Shown in pieces: positions 52,377 through 61,828 of a DNA stretch of 64,000 nucleotides. Every line of letters begins with the position of its first letter. Position 1 is the stretch's first letter. Both the position numbers and the translations under genes were made by a program. Source of the DNA: Patescibacteria group bacterium (GTDB lineage Bacteria > Patescibacteriota > Patescibacteriia > Buchananbacterales > UBA6539); the NCBI GenBank assembly GCA_034003985.1, contig JAVEXP010000001.1, positions 1,574 through 65,573 on the forward strand, written 5' to 3'. Below the pieces are notes generated by a model. The model was given only the letters and a program-made list of their open reading frames with translations. It had not been told where the DNA came from and ran no database searches.

Positions 52377-53645
52377 ATGGCTAACAAAAAGAAAATATCC
52401 AGTCCAAAAAAAGTTGCCAAAAAAAAGCCCGGAGCCAAAAGAGCTGTTAAGGTTAAGATTAAACCCAAAAAGAAGCCTGAAATTAAACGAAAAATTGCCA
52501 AAAAGCCAACAGCTAAAAAGGAAAGCCATCTAACGGCTAATAAGCGCTTGAAAGTCGAGCCAAACCAGGAGGCGATTGAAAAGCTTGTCAGTAAGGGTCG
52601 GACCAGGACTTTTATTACCGAAACCGAAATCATCTACACTTTTCCGGAAGTGGAGGAATATCTTGATGAGTATGAGTTGTTTTTGTATCGCATTGACCAA
52701 TTGGGGGTTACGATTATTGAATCCGAAACCGGGATTTTGGCTTCGGCAGAAAAGCGGGCGGAAATTTTGGAAAGAGTTGGTTTGACCAGCAAGCAAAAAA
52801 AACGAATTGATATTTCCGATATCTCGGCCGACTCAATTCAGATGTATTTGCGAGAAATCGGTAAAGTCCCGTTGCTTAAACCGGAGGAAGAAATATCCTT
52901 GGCCAAGCGCGCCGAACGGGGAGACAAGGAAGCAAAGCGGCGGCTGATTGAAGCCAACCTGCGGTTGGTTGTTTCCATTGCCAAAAGATTTACGGGCAAA
53001 AGTTTGTCGTTGCTTGATTTGATCCAAGAAGGCAACATCGGTTTATTCAGAGCCGTGGAAAAGTTTGATTATCGCCGGGGGTATAAGTTTTCGACTTATG
53101 CCACTTGGTGGATTAGGCAAGCGATTACCCGGGCGCTGGCCGACCAGTCGCGGACGATCAGAATCCCGGTTCATATGGTTGAAACCATTAATAAATTCAA
53201 ACAGGCCGAGCGGCAGCTGATTCAGGATTTGGGTCGTGAACCATTGCCCGAAGAGATCGCCGCGGAAATGGGTGAGCCACTTGACAAAGTTTTGCATATC
53301 ATTAAAATTAGTCAAGATACTATTTCAATCGAAACTTCGGTTGGTGAGGATGATGAAGACAGCACCTTGGAAGACTTTATTGAAGATGTGAGGACCGTTA
53401 CGCCTGACCGGGCGGCGGCGCTGCAATTGCTGCGTGATTATGTTTCGGATGTGGTTAAGGATTTGACTCCGCGCGAACAAAAGATTTTGGAAATGCGGTT
53501 TGGTTTGAAAGACGGTGTTTCTCACACCTTGGAAGAGGTCGGCCAAGAATTTGATGTTACCCGGGAGCGGATCAGGCAGATTGAAGCCAAGGCCCTGGAA
53601 AAAATTGAAAAACATCATTTGATAGACAAACTTCGCGATTATTAA
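52377..53645 (+). CDS. rpoD: Primary RNA polymerase sigma factor
   Basis: [49 protein letters not shown]. Confidence 0.97.
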   Translation: MANKKKISSPKKVAKKKPGAKRAVKVKIKPKKKPEIKRKIAKKPTAKKESHLTANKRLKVEPNQEAIEKLVSKGRTRTFITETEIIYTFPEVEEYLDEYELFLYRIDQLGVTIIESETGILASAEKRAEILERVGLTSKQKKRIDISDISADSIQMYLREIGKVPLLKPEEEISLAKRAERGDKEAKRRLIEANLRLVVSIAKRFTGKSLSLLDLIQEGNIGLFRAVEKFDYRRGYKFSTYATWWIRQAITRALADQSRTIRIPVHMVETINKFKQAERQLIQDLGREPLPEEIAAEMGEPLDKVLHIIKISQDTISIETSVGEDDEDSTLEDFIEDVRTVTPDRAAALQLLRDYVSDVVKDLTPREQKILEMRFGLKDGVSHTLEEVGQEFDVTRERIRQIEAKALEKIEKHHLIDKLRDY

Positions 53646-53663
53646 AAATGATGAGTCATCAGC

Positions 53664-53735
53664 TCCGCGGTAGCTCAATGGTAGAGCAGTGGACTGTTAA
53701 TCCATTGGTTGCTGGTTCGAATCCAGCCCGCGGAG
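53664..53735 (+). tRNA. tRNA-Asn(GTT), no encoded CCA
   Basis: TCCGCGG/CCGCGGA acceptor, GTGGA-CT-GTT-AA-TCCAT, GGTTCGAATCC. Confidence 0.96.
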
Positions 53736-53751
53736 CTGATGACTTGTCAAT

Positions 53752-53790
53752 AAAATAATCCCCCTTCGGTCGGGGGGTTATTTTTATTTT
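53752..53790 (+). terminator. Intrinsic terminator after tRNA-Asn
   Basis: AAAATAATCCCCC / GGGGGTTATTTT stem with T tail. Confidence 0.75.
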
Positions 53791-53838
53791 AGGTTATTTG
53801 CGACCTGACTGAAATCCGGAGGTATTTGATCAAGATAT

Positions 53839-54549
53839 TTATTTTTTAAAAACGCAGGTTCGGGATTCAAATTCCGGCAAACCTGATTTTTTGGCTTTGA
53901 CAATGTCGCCGTAGTCAGTAGTTATCAGCCGTTTGGCGCCAAGGCCAAGGCTGGCGATAAGTTTTTTTAAGGCGGCGGGGGATTTAGTTTCAATTTCCAG
54001 ATAATTGCCGATCTGCTCGGGAAATTGATCAAAAGTTATTTCTTCTCCTTGGCTATTGGAATAAATTTCTCGTTTTTTTTCGATGAAAGTTCGATATTGA
54101 TCAAAGCCATAATGAGGGAGCGCTTGTCGGAGCTTTTTAAAATCTTTAAGTAAGTTAATATCTGGCGGCAATGACTGTTTGGTATATTTTTTTAAAATGG
54201 TATTGATTTTTTTAAAAATTAACAAGTCGGGCTGGGAAAGGAAATATTGGAGTTCAAAATTATCTTTGACTCCCTGGGCGCCATTTTTATTTTTTATTTT
54301 TAAGGTTATTAAAATATCATTGTTTTTACTTTTAATCTCTCGAAATCTTAGTAGTAAGCCGTTTTGTCGGCAAAGAAATCCCGGAGTGTCAGGGACAAAA
54401 TCCGCTTCCAGTTGTTTGGTTTTGAATTTGAAATCCAGAGCTTTAACCTTGGCGAGCAGTAGTTTTTTTTCCGTTTTGTCGGTGATTTGATACTTCACCT
54501 CGCATTCCCTGGTTTTTGAGTGCTGATTAATTCTTGACATATTTTTCAA
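53839..54549 (-). CDS. CYTH-domain protein (triphosphate tunnel metalloenzyme / class IV adenylate cyclase-like)
   Basis: ExExK motif (ECEVK), LLRFR, ITLK, KKREIY, ITFD, GNYLEIE. Confidence 0.85.
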   Translation of the reverse strand: MKNMSRINQHSKTRECEVKYQITDKTEKKLLLAKVKALDFKFKTKQLEADFVPDTPGFLCRQNGLLLRFREIKSKNNDILITLKIKNKNGAQGVKDNFELQYFLSQPDLLIFKKINTILKKYTKQSLPPDINLLKDFKKLRQALPHYGFDQYRTFIEKKREIYSNSQGEEITFDQFPEQIGNYLEIETKSPAALKKLIASLGLGAKRLITTDYGDIVKAKKSGLPEFESRTCVFKK

Positions 54550-56446
54550 TTAGCCCGCGATCAATGCTTAGATGATTTTGCCGGTAAATTGAGGCCGCTT
54601 GTTTTATTGTATCATCTTTTTTGGATATGCGCTTTAAGGCGTCAAGATATTTGGCGATTTCTTGTTTGAATCGCCATCTTTGCCAGGCAGCTTTGTCCTG
54701 CGGAATAAACGAGTCAATCAGTTCAACCAACGGCACACACCAGCCAAGATCCTGGCTGCGCTGATCAACAAGATATTTGACGCCGAGATTCTGGCGATAG
54801 GCCAGCTTGAAAATAAAGAAGTTTAGCAGGGAAATTTTGGTCGCAGTTGGCAATTTACAGCCAGGAATTTGGGCAATAATTTTTTTTTGAATCTTGAGCC
54901 AGTCAGTCTGATTGATGCCTTGACGGGGATCAAGCAATGACAGATATGAATAATATTCATTTAGATCATAAAACTTGAAAAAATTACCGCCAGTGACAAT
55001 GCTCCAATATCCCCGTTCGGTTTTAATGCTGTTTTCAAAAGGGTATAGCCGGTCAGGCTTGATCACGGTAATTTGCGGATGATTGATATGGCGACTTTGA
55101 ATGTCGGAACAGATGGTGACTAATTGCCAGTGTTTTGGGCCGACACCAAAAATTTTCATCAGAACGCTGATGGTAAAGAAGGTTCGGCCCCGGTAAAAAA
55201 CATCGTCAAAAAAAATTATCTTGCTGCTTTTAATGGTTTGATAAAATTCAGTATTTTCAAAAATTATTTTAATAATGTCGTGCCAAGCGGTGGTGAAGCG
55301 GGGTTGATCAATGATGTTGATTGATTGTCGAAACTCGGTGGTTATTTGGCGATCGTCAGCCGGATAAGAAAATGGTGTGGCCACTTTAAAGTTTGCAAAT
55401 AAATTAATCAGACCATTGAGATTTTCGTATTCCAATAAATCATTGATGCTAATACGGGGGTATTGGTTGGCAACTAAGCGGGTTAATTTAAGTCGCTCGT
55501 TGTTGGTCAGTAATTTAATTTTGGTTAAAATGCTAGCCTGCTGGCCGGAAGTTAATTTACTGACTCGTTCGTCGGGAGAAATTAAGGAATTTAGAATCGT
55601 GGAGATTTTTACCTTGCTTAAGCATATCAGTTTAACGGACCTGACTTTAGTCTTGGCTTGTTTGAAAATAGTTTCAATATAACGGTTTCCTCCTTGCACG
55701 ACGAAGATGTTGGCCAGTCGATGTTTTTTGACGAATTGATTCAATGTTTTGACAACTTCGGTCGGACTGATCAGTTTTCCCCGGTGGTTGCTGATAACTT
55801 TGGTTTGGGGCAGGGGTGATGGATTTTGGCGGCTTGGTGAGGCGATAAATTTTTTGTCGGCCAAAATTTTAACCAGGGCGACATCTATTGTTTCCGGCAA
55901 TGCCCGATGGTTTTCAACGAGCAAGTCGCTGAGTCGGAGGGCTTGGTTGATTTCAAACAATTTTTCTTCCGCCATAAACATTGCCATGGGGTTTTTGGTT
56001 TTTTGGTCGATTAGCCTTTGGCGTGACTGAAATCTTTTTAGTCTTTCCGGGATGGTGGCAGTAACCCCGATGATAATGTAGTTGTCAAAAAGCTTTTTGA
56101 TTTCTTTTAACCCCGAAGGGTTTCGTTTGCTGTCGATAATGTATATTTTTTGTTCATCGGCTTGGCGGAGATAGCGATACAAGAGTTTTGTTCCCAGTTG
56201 CCGACCGAATCGTTGGTATAATTTTGCCATCAGCTTAACTAATTCTTGGCGCGAGTATAATTTTTTTGGAATAATCAAACCTTGGGCGATGGCGAAAGGA
56301 ATTTCCAAATCCTTGGTGGTTGATATTTCTTGGTAGGTTAATCCGAGATTTTCCAGGATTTTTTCAAGCTTAAATTTAACGGTACTCTTGCCGCTGGCAA
56401 TCGGACCGGTAAATACGATAATTTTATGTTTAAGCTTTCGCGGCAT
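54527..56446 (-). CDS. Hypothetical fusion: N-terminal P-loop nucleotide-kinase-like domain + C-terminal type I phosphoribosyltransferase-like domain
   Basis: VFTGPIASGKST, IIDSKRN, ERLKRFQSR lid-like; IIFFDDVFYRGRT PRPP-loop-like; YPFE. Confidence 0.7.
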   Translation of the reverse strand: MPRKLKHKIIVFTGPIASGKSTVKFKLEKILENLGLTYQEISTTKDLEIPFAIAQGLIIPKKLYSRQELVKLMAKLYQRFGRQLGTKLLYRYLRQADEQKIYIIDSKRNPSGLKEIKKLFDNYIIIGVTATIPERLKRFQSRQRLIDQKTKNPMAMFMAEEKLFEINQALRLSDLLVENHRALPETIDVALVKILADKKFIASPSRQNPSPLPQTKVISNHRGKLISPTEVVKTLNQFVKKHRLANIFVVQGGNRYIETIFKQAKTKVRSVKLICLSKVKISTILNSLISPDERVSKLTSGQQASILTKIKLLTNNERLKLTRLVANQYPRISINDLLEYENLNGLINLFANFKVATPFSYPADDRQITTEFRQSINIIDQPRFTTAWHDIIKIIFENTEFYQTIKSSKIIFFDDVFYRGRTFFTISVLMKIFGVGPKHWQLVTICSDIQSRHINHPQITVIKPDRLYPFENSIKTERGYWSIVTGGNFFKFYDLNEYYSYLSLLDPRQGINQTDWLKIQKKIIAQIPGCKLPTATKISLLNFFIFKLAYRQNLGVKYLVDQRSQDLGWCVPLVELIDSFIPQDKAAWQRWRFKQEIAKYLDALKRISKKDDTIKQAASIYRQNHLSIDRGLIEKYVKN

Positions 56447-57482
56447 TGAATTGGCGCAAGGTGGCTATTAGTTTGCGGTTGTTGGCTCTGGAATTGACCG
56501 ATATCCTGATAATTCCGGGTAATTTTTTATCATTGGCTAGATGTCTGACCACAATGCCGTTATGTCCCAGGCGACGGTAAAGTCCATCGGCGTGATTGGT
56601 TTTTAGGATGATGAAATTGGCAGCGGTATTTTGAGGGGAAAAGCCGAGTTTCTTTAATTCTTTGAGCAATTCTTCTTTTAATATTTTATTTTCTTTAAGA
56701 TTGCGTTTTAATCCGTTTTTTTGTTCCAGAGCTTGAATGGCGATGGCTTGCGATAGCCGCGAAAGATTGTAAGGATTTCTTTGCTGATTGAGAGCTGTAA
56801 TGATTTTTTCATGGCCGACGGCATAACCAACCCGGATGCCGGCCAAGCCCCAGGCCTTGGAAAAAGTTCTTAGGACCAGCAGGTTGTCGTATTGTTTGAT
56901 ATATTTAATGAGGGATTTTTTTTCACCGGCAAAATCAATGTAGGCTTCGTCGACTACCAATAAGCCGTGGTAGAAATTAAGGATTTCGGCCAGCATGGTT
57001 TTATCAATTAATAGGTTGCCGGTGGGGTTATTCGGAGAACAGATAAATAGGATGTTTGTTTGCGCAATGTTTTTTTGGAGTTCTCGTAAATTGATGCTGA
57101 AGTCAGCTCTCAAATTCAGTTTGTTGATAACGACTTTTTCTCTGCCCGCGGCAATATCGTAAAAAGCGTAACTAGGATTAAAAGTTGTCAGTTGCCGGCC
57201 AGGTTGTCTGAAAGTTTTGATGATTAGTCTGATTATTTCAATACCGCCCGATCCCAAATAAATATTTTCGGTTTTGAGACCCAAGGAGCCGTGGTAGGCA
57301 GCAAGCTTTGATTTTAATTCCTGACCTTCGTCGTCGGGATAAAGGTGGAGATTTTTAAGCCGTCGCCAATCTATTTTTACCCATTGGCGATGGTTTTCGT
57401 TAGCATCAAAGAATAGACCATTTTTGAATTCATGGCGAGCGGTTTGATAATCAAAAGATTTGATTTTACGATTATGCCGCAC
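56430..57482 (-). CDS. HisC/CobD-family PLP-dependent aminotransferase
   Basis: NEN, YPD, CSPNNPTG, VDEAY, RTFSKAWGLAGIRVGY. Confidence 0.9.
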   Translation of the reverse strand: MRHNRKIKSFDYQTARHEFKNGLFFDANENHRQWVKIDWRRLKNLHLYPDDEGQELKSKLAAYHGSLGLKTENIYLGSGGIEIIRLIIKTFRQPGRQLTTFNPSYAFYDIAAGREKVVINKLNLRADFSINLRELQKNIAQTNILFICSPNNPTGNLLIDKTMLAEILNFYHGLLVVDEAYIDFAGEKKSLIKYIKQYDNLLVLRTFSKAWGLAGIRVGYAVGHEKIITALNQQRNPYNLSRLSQAIAIQALEQKNGLKRNLKENKILKEELLKELKKLGFSPQNTAANFIILKTNHADGLYRRLGHNGIVVRHLANDKKLPGIIRISVNSRANNRKLIATLRQFNAAKA

Positions 57483-57511
57483 GAGATGTAAATATTAATC
57501 TTAATTGGATA

Positions 57512-57540
57512 AATATATCATTTTTTTTGTGATTTATCAA
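57512..57540 (-). promoter_or_regulatory. Candidate promoter for the aminotransferase-kinase/PRTase-CYTH operon
   Basis: TTGATA-17 nt-TATATT with TG extension. Confidence 0.45.
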
Positions 57541-57576
57541 GTCTGGTTTAATTTTTTGCTAGGTATGCTATAATTA

Positions 57577-58374
57577 GTGGTGTTGAGTCAAGCGCTTGGA
57601 AATCGCCGGCGTGATAATACCCCGATGAAGCTGAGTCAAATGACAAAAACTTTTTTATTTTTATTTGGCCTGATAATTGAAGGGCTGTTGTTGGTTTTGA
57701 TTTTGATATTTATGGTTTTGGGACTGTTGGGAATATTTTTGCCGGTTTTGCCGGGGATATTTCTGATTGGGATCGGCGCCGGGATATATTCGCTGTTGTT
57801 GAGAGGTCAATATGGAAAATTTACCCCTGTTATTCATCGCCGGGTTGTTAAGGTTAGGGGCAAAGTTTTAACTTTAAAAATAACCGACAAAACTATGGGG
57901 TTGATTAAAAATTTAAAGGATAAAAAAAAGCGGAGGATCGAAATAGAAATTGTTAAAAACGGCTTGATTCTGCTGGGCTTTAATTTTGCTTTGATTTTGG
58001 GGTTGGTATTCGGGTTTATTATTCTTTCGTTGCTGGGTGAGGTATTGAGCATTAGTTATTTATTGCGGATATTTATTCCCTTGGTGGCGTTGTTCGTTTT
58101 TTCGGCAACCACCGCCGTAATATGGTATCGGTTTGGTCAAATCCTTTCGGAGGTTTTTAAAAAGCAAAGAATTTGGAATGTCACCTTGGTGGTTTTGATT
58201 TCCGTTTTGCCACTGGTACTGATTTTAATTTTATTATCAATTTTATTTAATCTGTTTGATTTGGGTAGTAATCAGTTGGTAGCGGCGACTTTTTTGGGCT
58301 TACTGTTAATGTCACTATTGGCGGCCATCTTTGAGTTGTTGTTGGTTAATTTGGGTGTGATAACCAAAGTTTAG
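57577..58374 (+). CDS. Hypothetical polytopic membrane protein (start uncertain)
   Basis: Several hydrophobic helices; GLLGIFLPVLPG motif. Confidence 0.7.
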   Translation: MVLSQALGNRRRDNTPMKLSQMTKTFLFLFGLIIEGLLLVLILIFMVLGLLGIFLPVLPGIFLIGIGAGIYSLLLRGQYGKFTPVIHRRVVKVRGKVLTLKITDKTMGLIKNLKDKKKRRIEIEIVKNGLILLGFNFALILGLVFGFIILSLLGEVLSISYLLRIFIPLVALFVFSATTAVIWYRFGQILSEVFKKQRIWNVTLVVLISVLPLVLILILLSILFNLFDLGSNQLVAATFLGLLLMSLLAAIFELLLVNLGVITKV

Positions 58375-58375
58375 C

Positions 58376-58744
58376 ATGATAAAAATTGAAGGTAAAATAA
58401 AACCAGGTAAACAACAGGGACGACGACTGGGCTTTCCCACAATAAATATCGTCATCCCGAAACAAATCAAGTCGGAACAGTGGGGGATTTATTTTTCATT
58501 GGTTCGGATCAACGATCGAGTTTATCCCGGGATTACCCATCTGGGTCCGGTTAAAACTTTTAGTCTTGGCCGAAAGACCTGCGAAACTCATTTGTTGGTT
58601 GCCAGCCAAGATTGGTATGGTCAGCAGGTAACCAAGCGTTTGCTGTTTAAGTTTCGGGATATCGAGAAATTTCCCAATATTAAATTATTGCGAAAACAGA
58701 TCAGGCGAGATGTTAAAGCTGCCAAAAAATTTTTTGGTTTATAA
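58376..58744 (+). CDS. Stand-alone riboflavin kinase domain
   Basis: G.QQGRRLGFPTIN, GIY, ETHL, FRDIEKF...L..QI..DV. Confidence 0.88.
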   Translation: MIKIEGKIKPGKQQGRRLGFPTINIVIPKQIKSEQWGIYFSLVRINDRVYPGITHLGPVKTFSLGRKTCETHLLVASQDWYGQQVTKRLLFKFRDIEKFPNIKLLRKQIRRDVKAAKKFFGL

Positions 58745-58760
58745 TTGATTTTAATTTTTT

Positions 58761-59666
58761 ATGATAAATAAAATTTGGCCGGTGTTATTCATTATGGCAG
58801 CGGCGTTTCTTTGGGCTTTAGACGGTATTGTTTGGCGCCCGGCATTATATGTTTTGCCGGTTAGTTTGGTGGTGTTGGTAGAACACGGTTTGGCATTTAT
58901 TTTCATGCTGCCATTTTTAATTTGGGAATTTAAGGAATTAAAAAAACTTAAACGGTCGGATTGGGGGGCTTTAGTTTGGGTGGCTTTATTCGGCGGTGCT
59001 TTGGGAACAATGTTTATTACTAAGGCTTTGTTCTATGTTAATTTTGTGAATTTGTCGGTGGTGGTTTTGATTCAGAAATTGCAGCCAATTTTCGCTTTAT
59101 TGCTGGCCTGGGTGGTTCTAAAGGAAAAGTTGCCAAAAAAGTTTTTTGGCTGGGCGATTTTGGCAATCGGGGCAACCTACTTGGTGGCGTTTGACGGATT
59201 GGTACCAAATTTAAATACCGGAAACAAAACTCCATTGGCCGCTTTATTGGCTTTGGGTGCGGCTTTTGCCTGGGGGTCTTCAACGGTTTTTAGCAAGCGA
59301 GCTTTGGCGGCGATTAACTTTCGCGTTGGAACTTATTTACGGTTTGGCCTGACTACTTTGATTATGCTGATTATTGTTTCGGTTAATACCGAGATTAAGG
59401 CGATTAGTTTAATTACCTGGAATCAATTTTTGATATTTTTGCTGATTGTTTTTTCTTCCGGCGGTTTGGCGATGTTGTTATATTATTACGGTCTAAAAAG
59501 AGTGAGGGCTTCAGTTTCCACCATTGCTGAATTGACTTTTCCGTTGTCGGCCATCCTGCTGGAGTTTTTGATCCGCGGTTCCTGGCTGTCTTTGACCCAG
59601 TGGTTTGGGGCAGCTTTGATGATTCTAGCCATCTACAAAGTATCGTTAATTCAAAAGGAAATATAA
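58761..59666 (+). CDS. DMT/EamA family transporter
   Basis: About 10 TM segments in two repeats; QKLQPIF, YYYGLK. Confidence 0.88.
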   Translation: MINKIWPVLFIMAAAFLWALDGIVWRPALYVLPVSLVVLVEHGLAFIFMLPFLIWEFKELKKLKRSDWGALVWVALFGGALGTMFITKALFYVNFVNLSVVVLIQKLQPIFALLLAWVVLKEKLPKKFFGWAILAIGATYLVAFDGLVPNLNTGNKTPLAALLALGAAFAWGSSTVFSKRALAAINFRVGTYLRFGLTTLIMLIIVSVNTEIKAISLITWNQFLIFLLIVFSSGGLAMLLYYYGLKRVRASVSTIAELTFPLSAILLEFLIRGSWLSLTQWFGAALMILAIYKVSLIQKEI

Positions 59667-59752
59667 CTTTTCAGGTATTTGGTCAATTCGGTAGAAATGT
59701 GTTATAATAAAAAAATAAAACCGGTGATTTAATATTTTATATTTAATAAGGA

Positions 59753-60127
59753 ATGACTCAAAATCCTAGCAAGTTTTTAATCATTGAAGACGATAAATTT
59801 TTGGCCAAAATGCTGTCCAAAACTTTTGAAGATAATGGTTATCAGACAACCTTGGCCAGTAGCGGCAGTGAAGGGCTGACTAAATCGGAAAGTGAGACAT
59901 TTAATTTGATTTTATTGGATATCATGTTGGGTGATGTTGATGGGTTTGAAGTCCTTCAAAAGATCAGAGCCAGCGATAAAAACAAAAAGACTCCGGTAAT
60001 CATATTGTCAAACCTTGGCCAGCCCGAAGATATCGAGCGGGGGAGAAAATTGGGAGCTTCGGATTATTTGGTTAAAAGCGATTTGAGTCTTGATAGTGTG
60101 GTGGCCACTGCCCGGAAATATTTATAA
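59753..60127 (+). CDS. Single-domain response regulator (receiver only)
   Basis: IEDD, LLD, LSN, DYLVK. Confidence 0.92.
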   Translation: MTQNPSKFLIIEDDKFLAKMLSKTFEDNGYQTTLASSGSEGLTKSESETFNLILLDIMLGDVDGFEVLQKIRASDKNKKTPVIILSNLGQPEDIERGRKLGASDYLVKSDLSLDSVVATARKYL

Positions 60128-60143
60128 TTTTGATAAAACAAAA

Positions 60144-61826
60144 ATGAAAATAACCAACGATCGGCTTAAATCGCTGGTTCGGCAATTGGATATTGTCCCC
60201 CAGGAACGGCTGGATGCGGCTTTTGATTATGCGGAGAAAAATCATCGTGATTTAAGCGAAGTGCTGGTGGAAAGTGATTTGGTCGCCGATGACAATTTGG
60301 GTCAGCTAATCGCCGATGCTTTGGGTTTTAAATTTGTTGATTTGGGTCGGGTGGCGATTGATGAGAAGGTTTTAAAAATAATTCCGCGGGTAATGGCCAA
60401 ACAGCAAAAGGCCATTACTTTCGCCCAGGATGCCGACGGGATAAAGTTGGCCATGGTTAATCCGGGCAATGTTAAATTGATCAATTTAATTGAAAAGAAA
60501 ACCGGCCAAACTGTAATTCCTTATTATACCACCCAAAAAAATATTGAAGACGCCTTAGCATTTTATCAAGAAGGCATCCAAAAAGAATTTTCCGAGATTA
60601 TCCAAGAAAATATCAGTCAGGCCAGCAGTGGCGCCCGGGCCGAAGATTTACCGATTATTAAAATTGTTGATACTCTTTTGGAGTATGCTTTCGAAAATAA
60701 AGCCTCTGATATTCACATTGAACCAGGCGATAATAAGACGCTGGTTCGTTTTAGAATTGACGGAATTTTGCATGATATTATTGATTTGCCCAAGAATTTT
60801 CACGAGTTGATAGTAACCAGAATAAAAATCATGGCTAGTCTGAGGACTGATGAACACCGAAGCGCCCAAGACGGCAAATTGCGCGCCGAATTGGGCGGAG
60901 GTAAAGTCGATGTTCGAATTTCAATTATTCCAATCGTTGAGGGGGAAAAGGTGGTGATGAGGCTGTTGGCGGAACATAATAGGCAGTTTGGTCTGGAAGA
61001 TTTGGGATTTTCCAGCCAGGATTTGGTGAAGCTTAAAAAGGAATATTCTAAACCCTACGGTTTAATCTTGGTTACCGGACCTACCGGTTCTGGTAAAAGT
61101 ACCACGCTTTACGCTGTTTTGAAAATTTTGAATCGTCGGGAAGTAAATATTTCGACCATTGAAGATCCGGTTGAATATGATATTGAGGGGATCAATCAGG
61201 TTCAGGTTAATCCCAAAACCAATTTAACTTTTGCCGCCGGATTGCGTTCGCTTTTGCGGCAAGATCCGGATATCATTATGGTTGGTGAAATTCGTGATCA
61301 AGAAACGGCTGATATTGCCATTAATTCCGCCATGACGGGCCATTTGGTTTTGTCTACTTTGCATACCAACGATGCGCCGACGGCGTTGCCGAGGTTTTTG
61401 AAAATGGGGATTCAACCTTTTTTGATCGCTTCAACCGTGAATATTATCATTGCTCAACGGTTGGTCAGAAAGATTTGCCCCAGTTGTGTAGCCAGTATTC
61501 AGACTAGCTCAGCCGAGCTGAAGGAAAAATTTTCCCCGGCGGTGATTGATAAATATTTTGGTCCGGACAAGAAGGACATCAGAATCTACCACGGTAAAGG
61601 CTGTCAGGTCTGTAACGGAACTGGTTATCAAAGCCGAGTAGGAATTTTTGAGGTGTTGGTTATTAGCGAAGCAATTCGTGATTTGATAATGCAGCGAACC
61701 AATGCCGATGAAATCAAACAGAAAGCGATTGAAGAGGGAATGTCAACCATGATTGAAGACGGCATCAAGAAAGTTTTGGCCGGAGTAACAACCATTGAAG
61801 AAGTTTTGAGGGCTACCCGAATTTAA
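60144..61826 (+). CDS. pilB: Second PilB/GspE-type ATPase (start moved to ATG 60144)
   Basis: ASDIHIEP, GPTGSGKST, IEDPVEY, LRQDPDIIMVGEIRD, TGHLVLSTLHTN, tetra-Cys. Confidence 0.95.
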   Translation: MKITNDRLKSLVRQLDIVPQERLDAAFDYAEKNHRDLSEVLVESDLVADDNLGQLIADALGFKFVDLGRVAIDEKVLKIIPRVMAKQQKAITFAQDADGIKLAMVNPGNVKLINLIEKKTGQTVIPYYTTQKNIEDALAFYQEGIQKEFSEIIQENISQASSGARAEDLPIIKIVDTLLEYAFENKASDIHIEPGDNKTLVRFRIDGILHDIIDLPKNFHELIVTRIKIMASLRTDEHRSAQDGKLRAELGGGKVDVRISIIPIVEGEKVVMRLLAEHNRQFGLEDLGFSSQDLVKLKKEYSKPYGLILVTGPTGSGKSTTLYAVLKILNRREVNISTIEDPVEYDIEGINQVQVNPKTNLTFAAGLRSLLRQDPDIIMVGEIRDQETADIAINSAMTGHLVLSTLHTNDAPTALPRFLKMGIQPFLIASTVNIIIAQRLVRKICPSCVASIQTSSAELKEKFSPAVIDKYFGPDKKDIRIYHGKGCQVCNGTGYQSRVGIFEVLVISEAIRDLIMQRTNADEIKQKAIEEGMSTMIEDGIKKVLAGVTTIEEVLRATRI

Positions 61827-61828
61827 TT

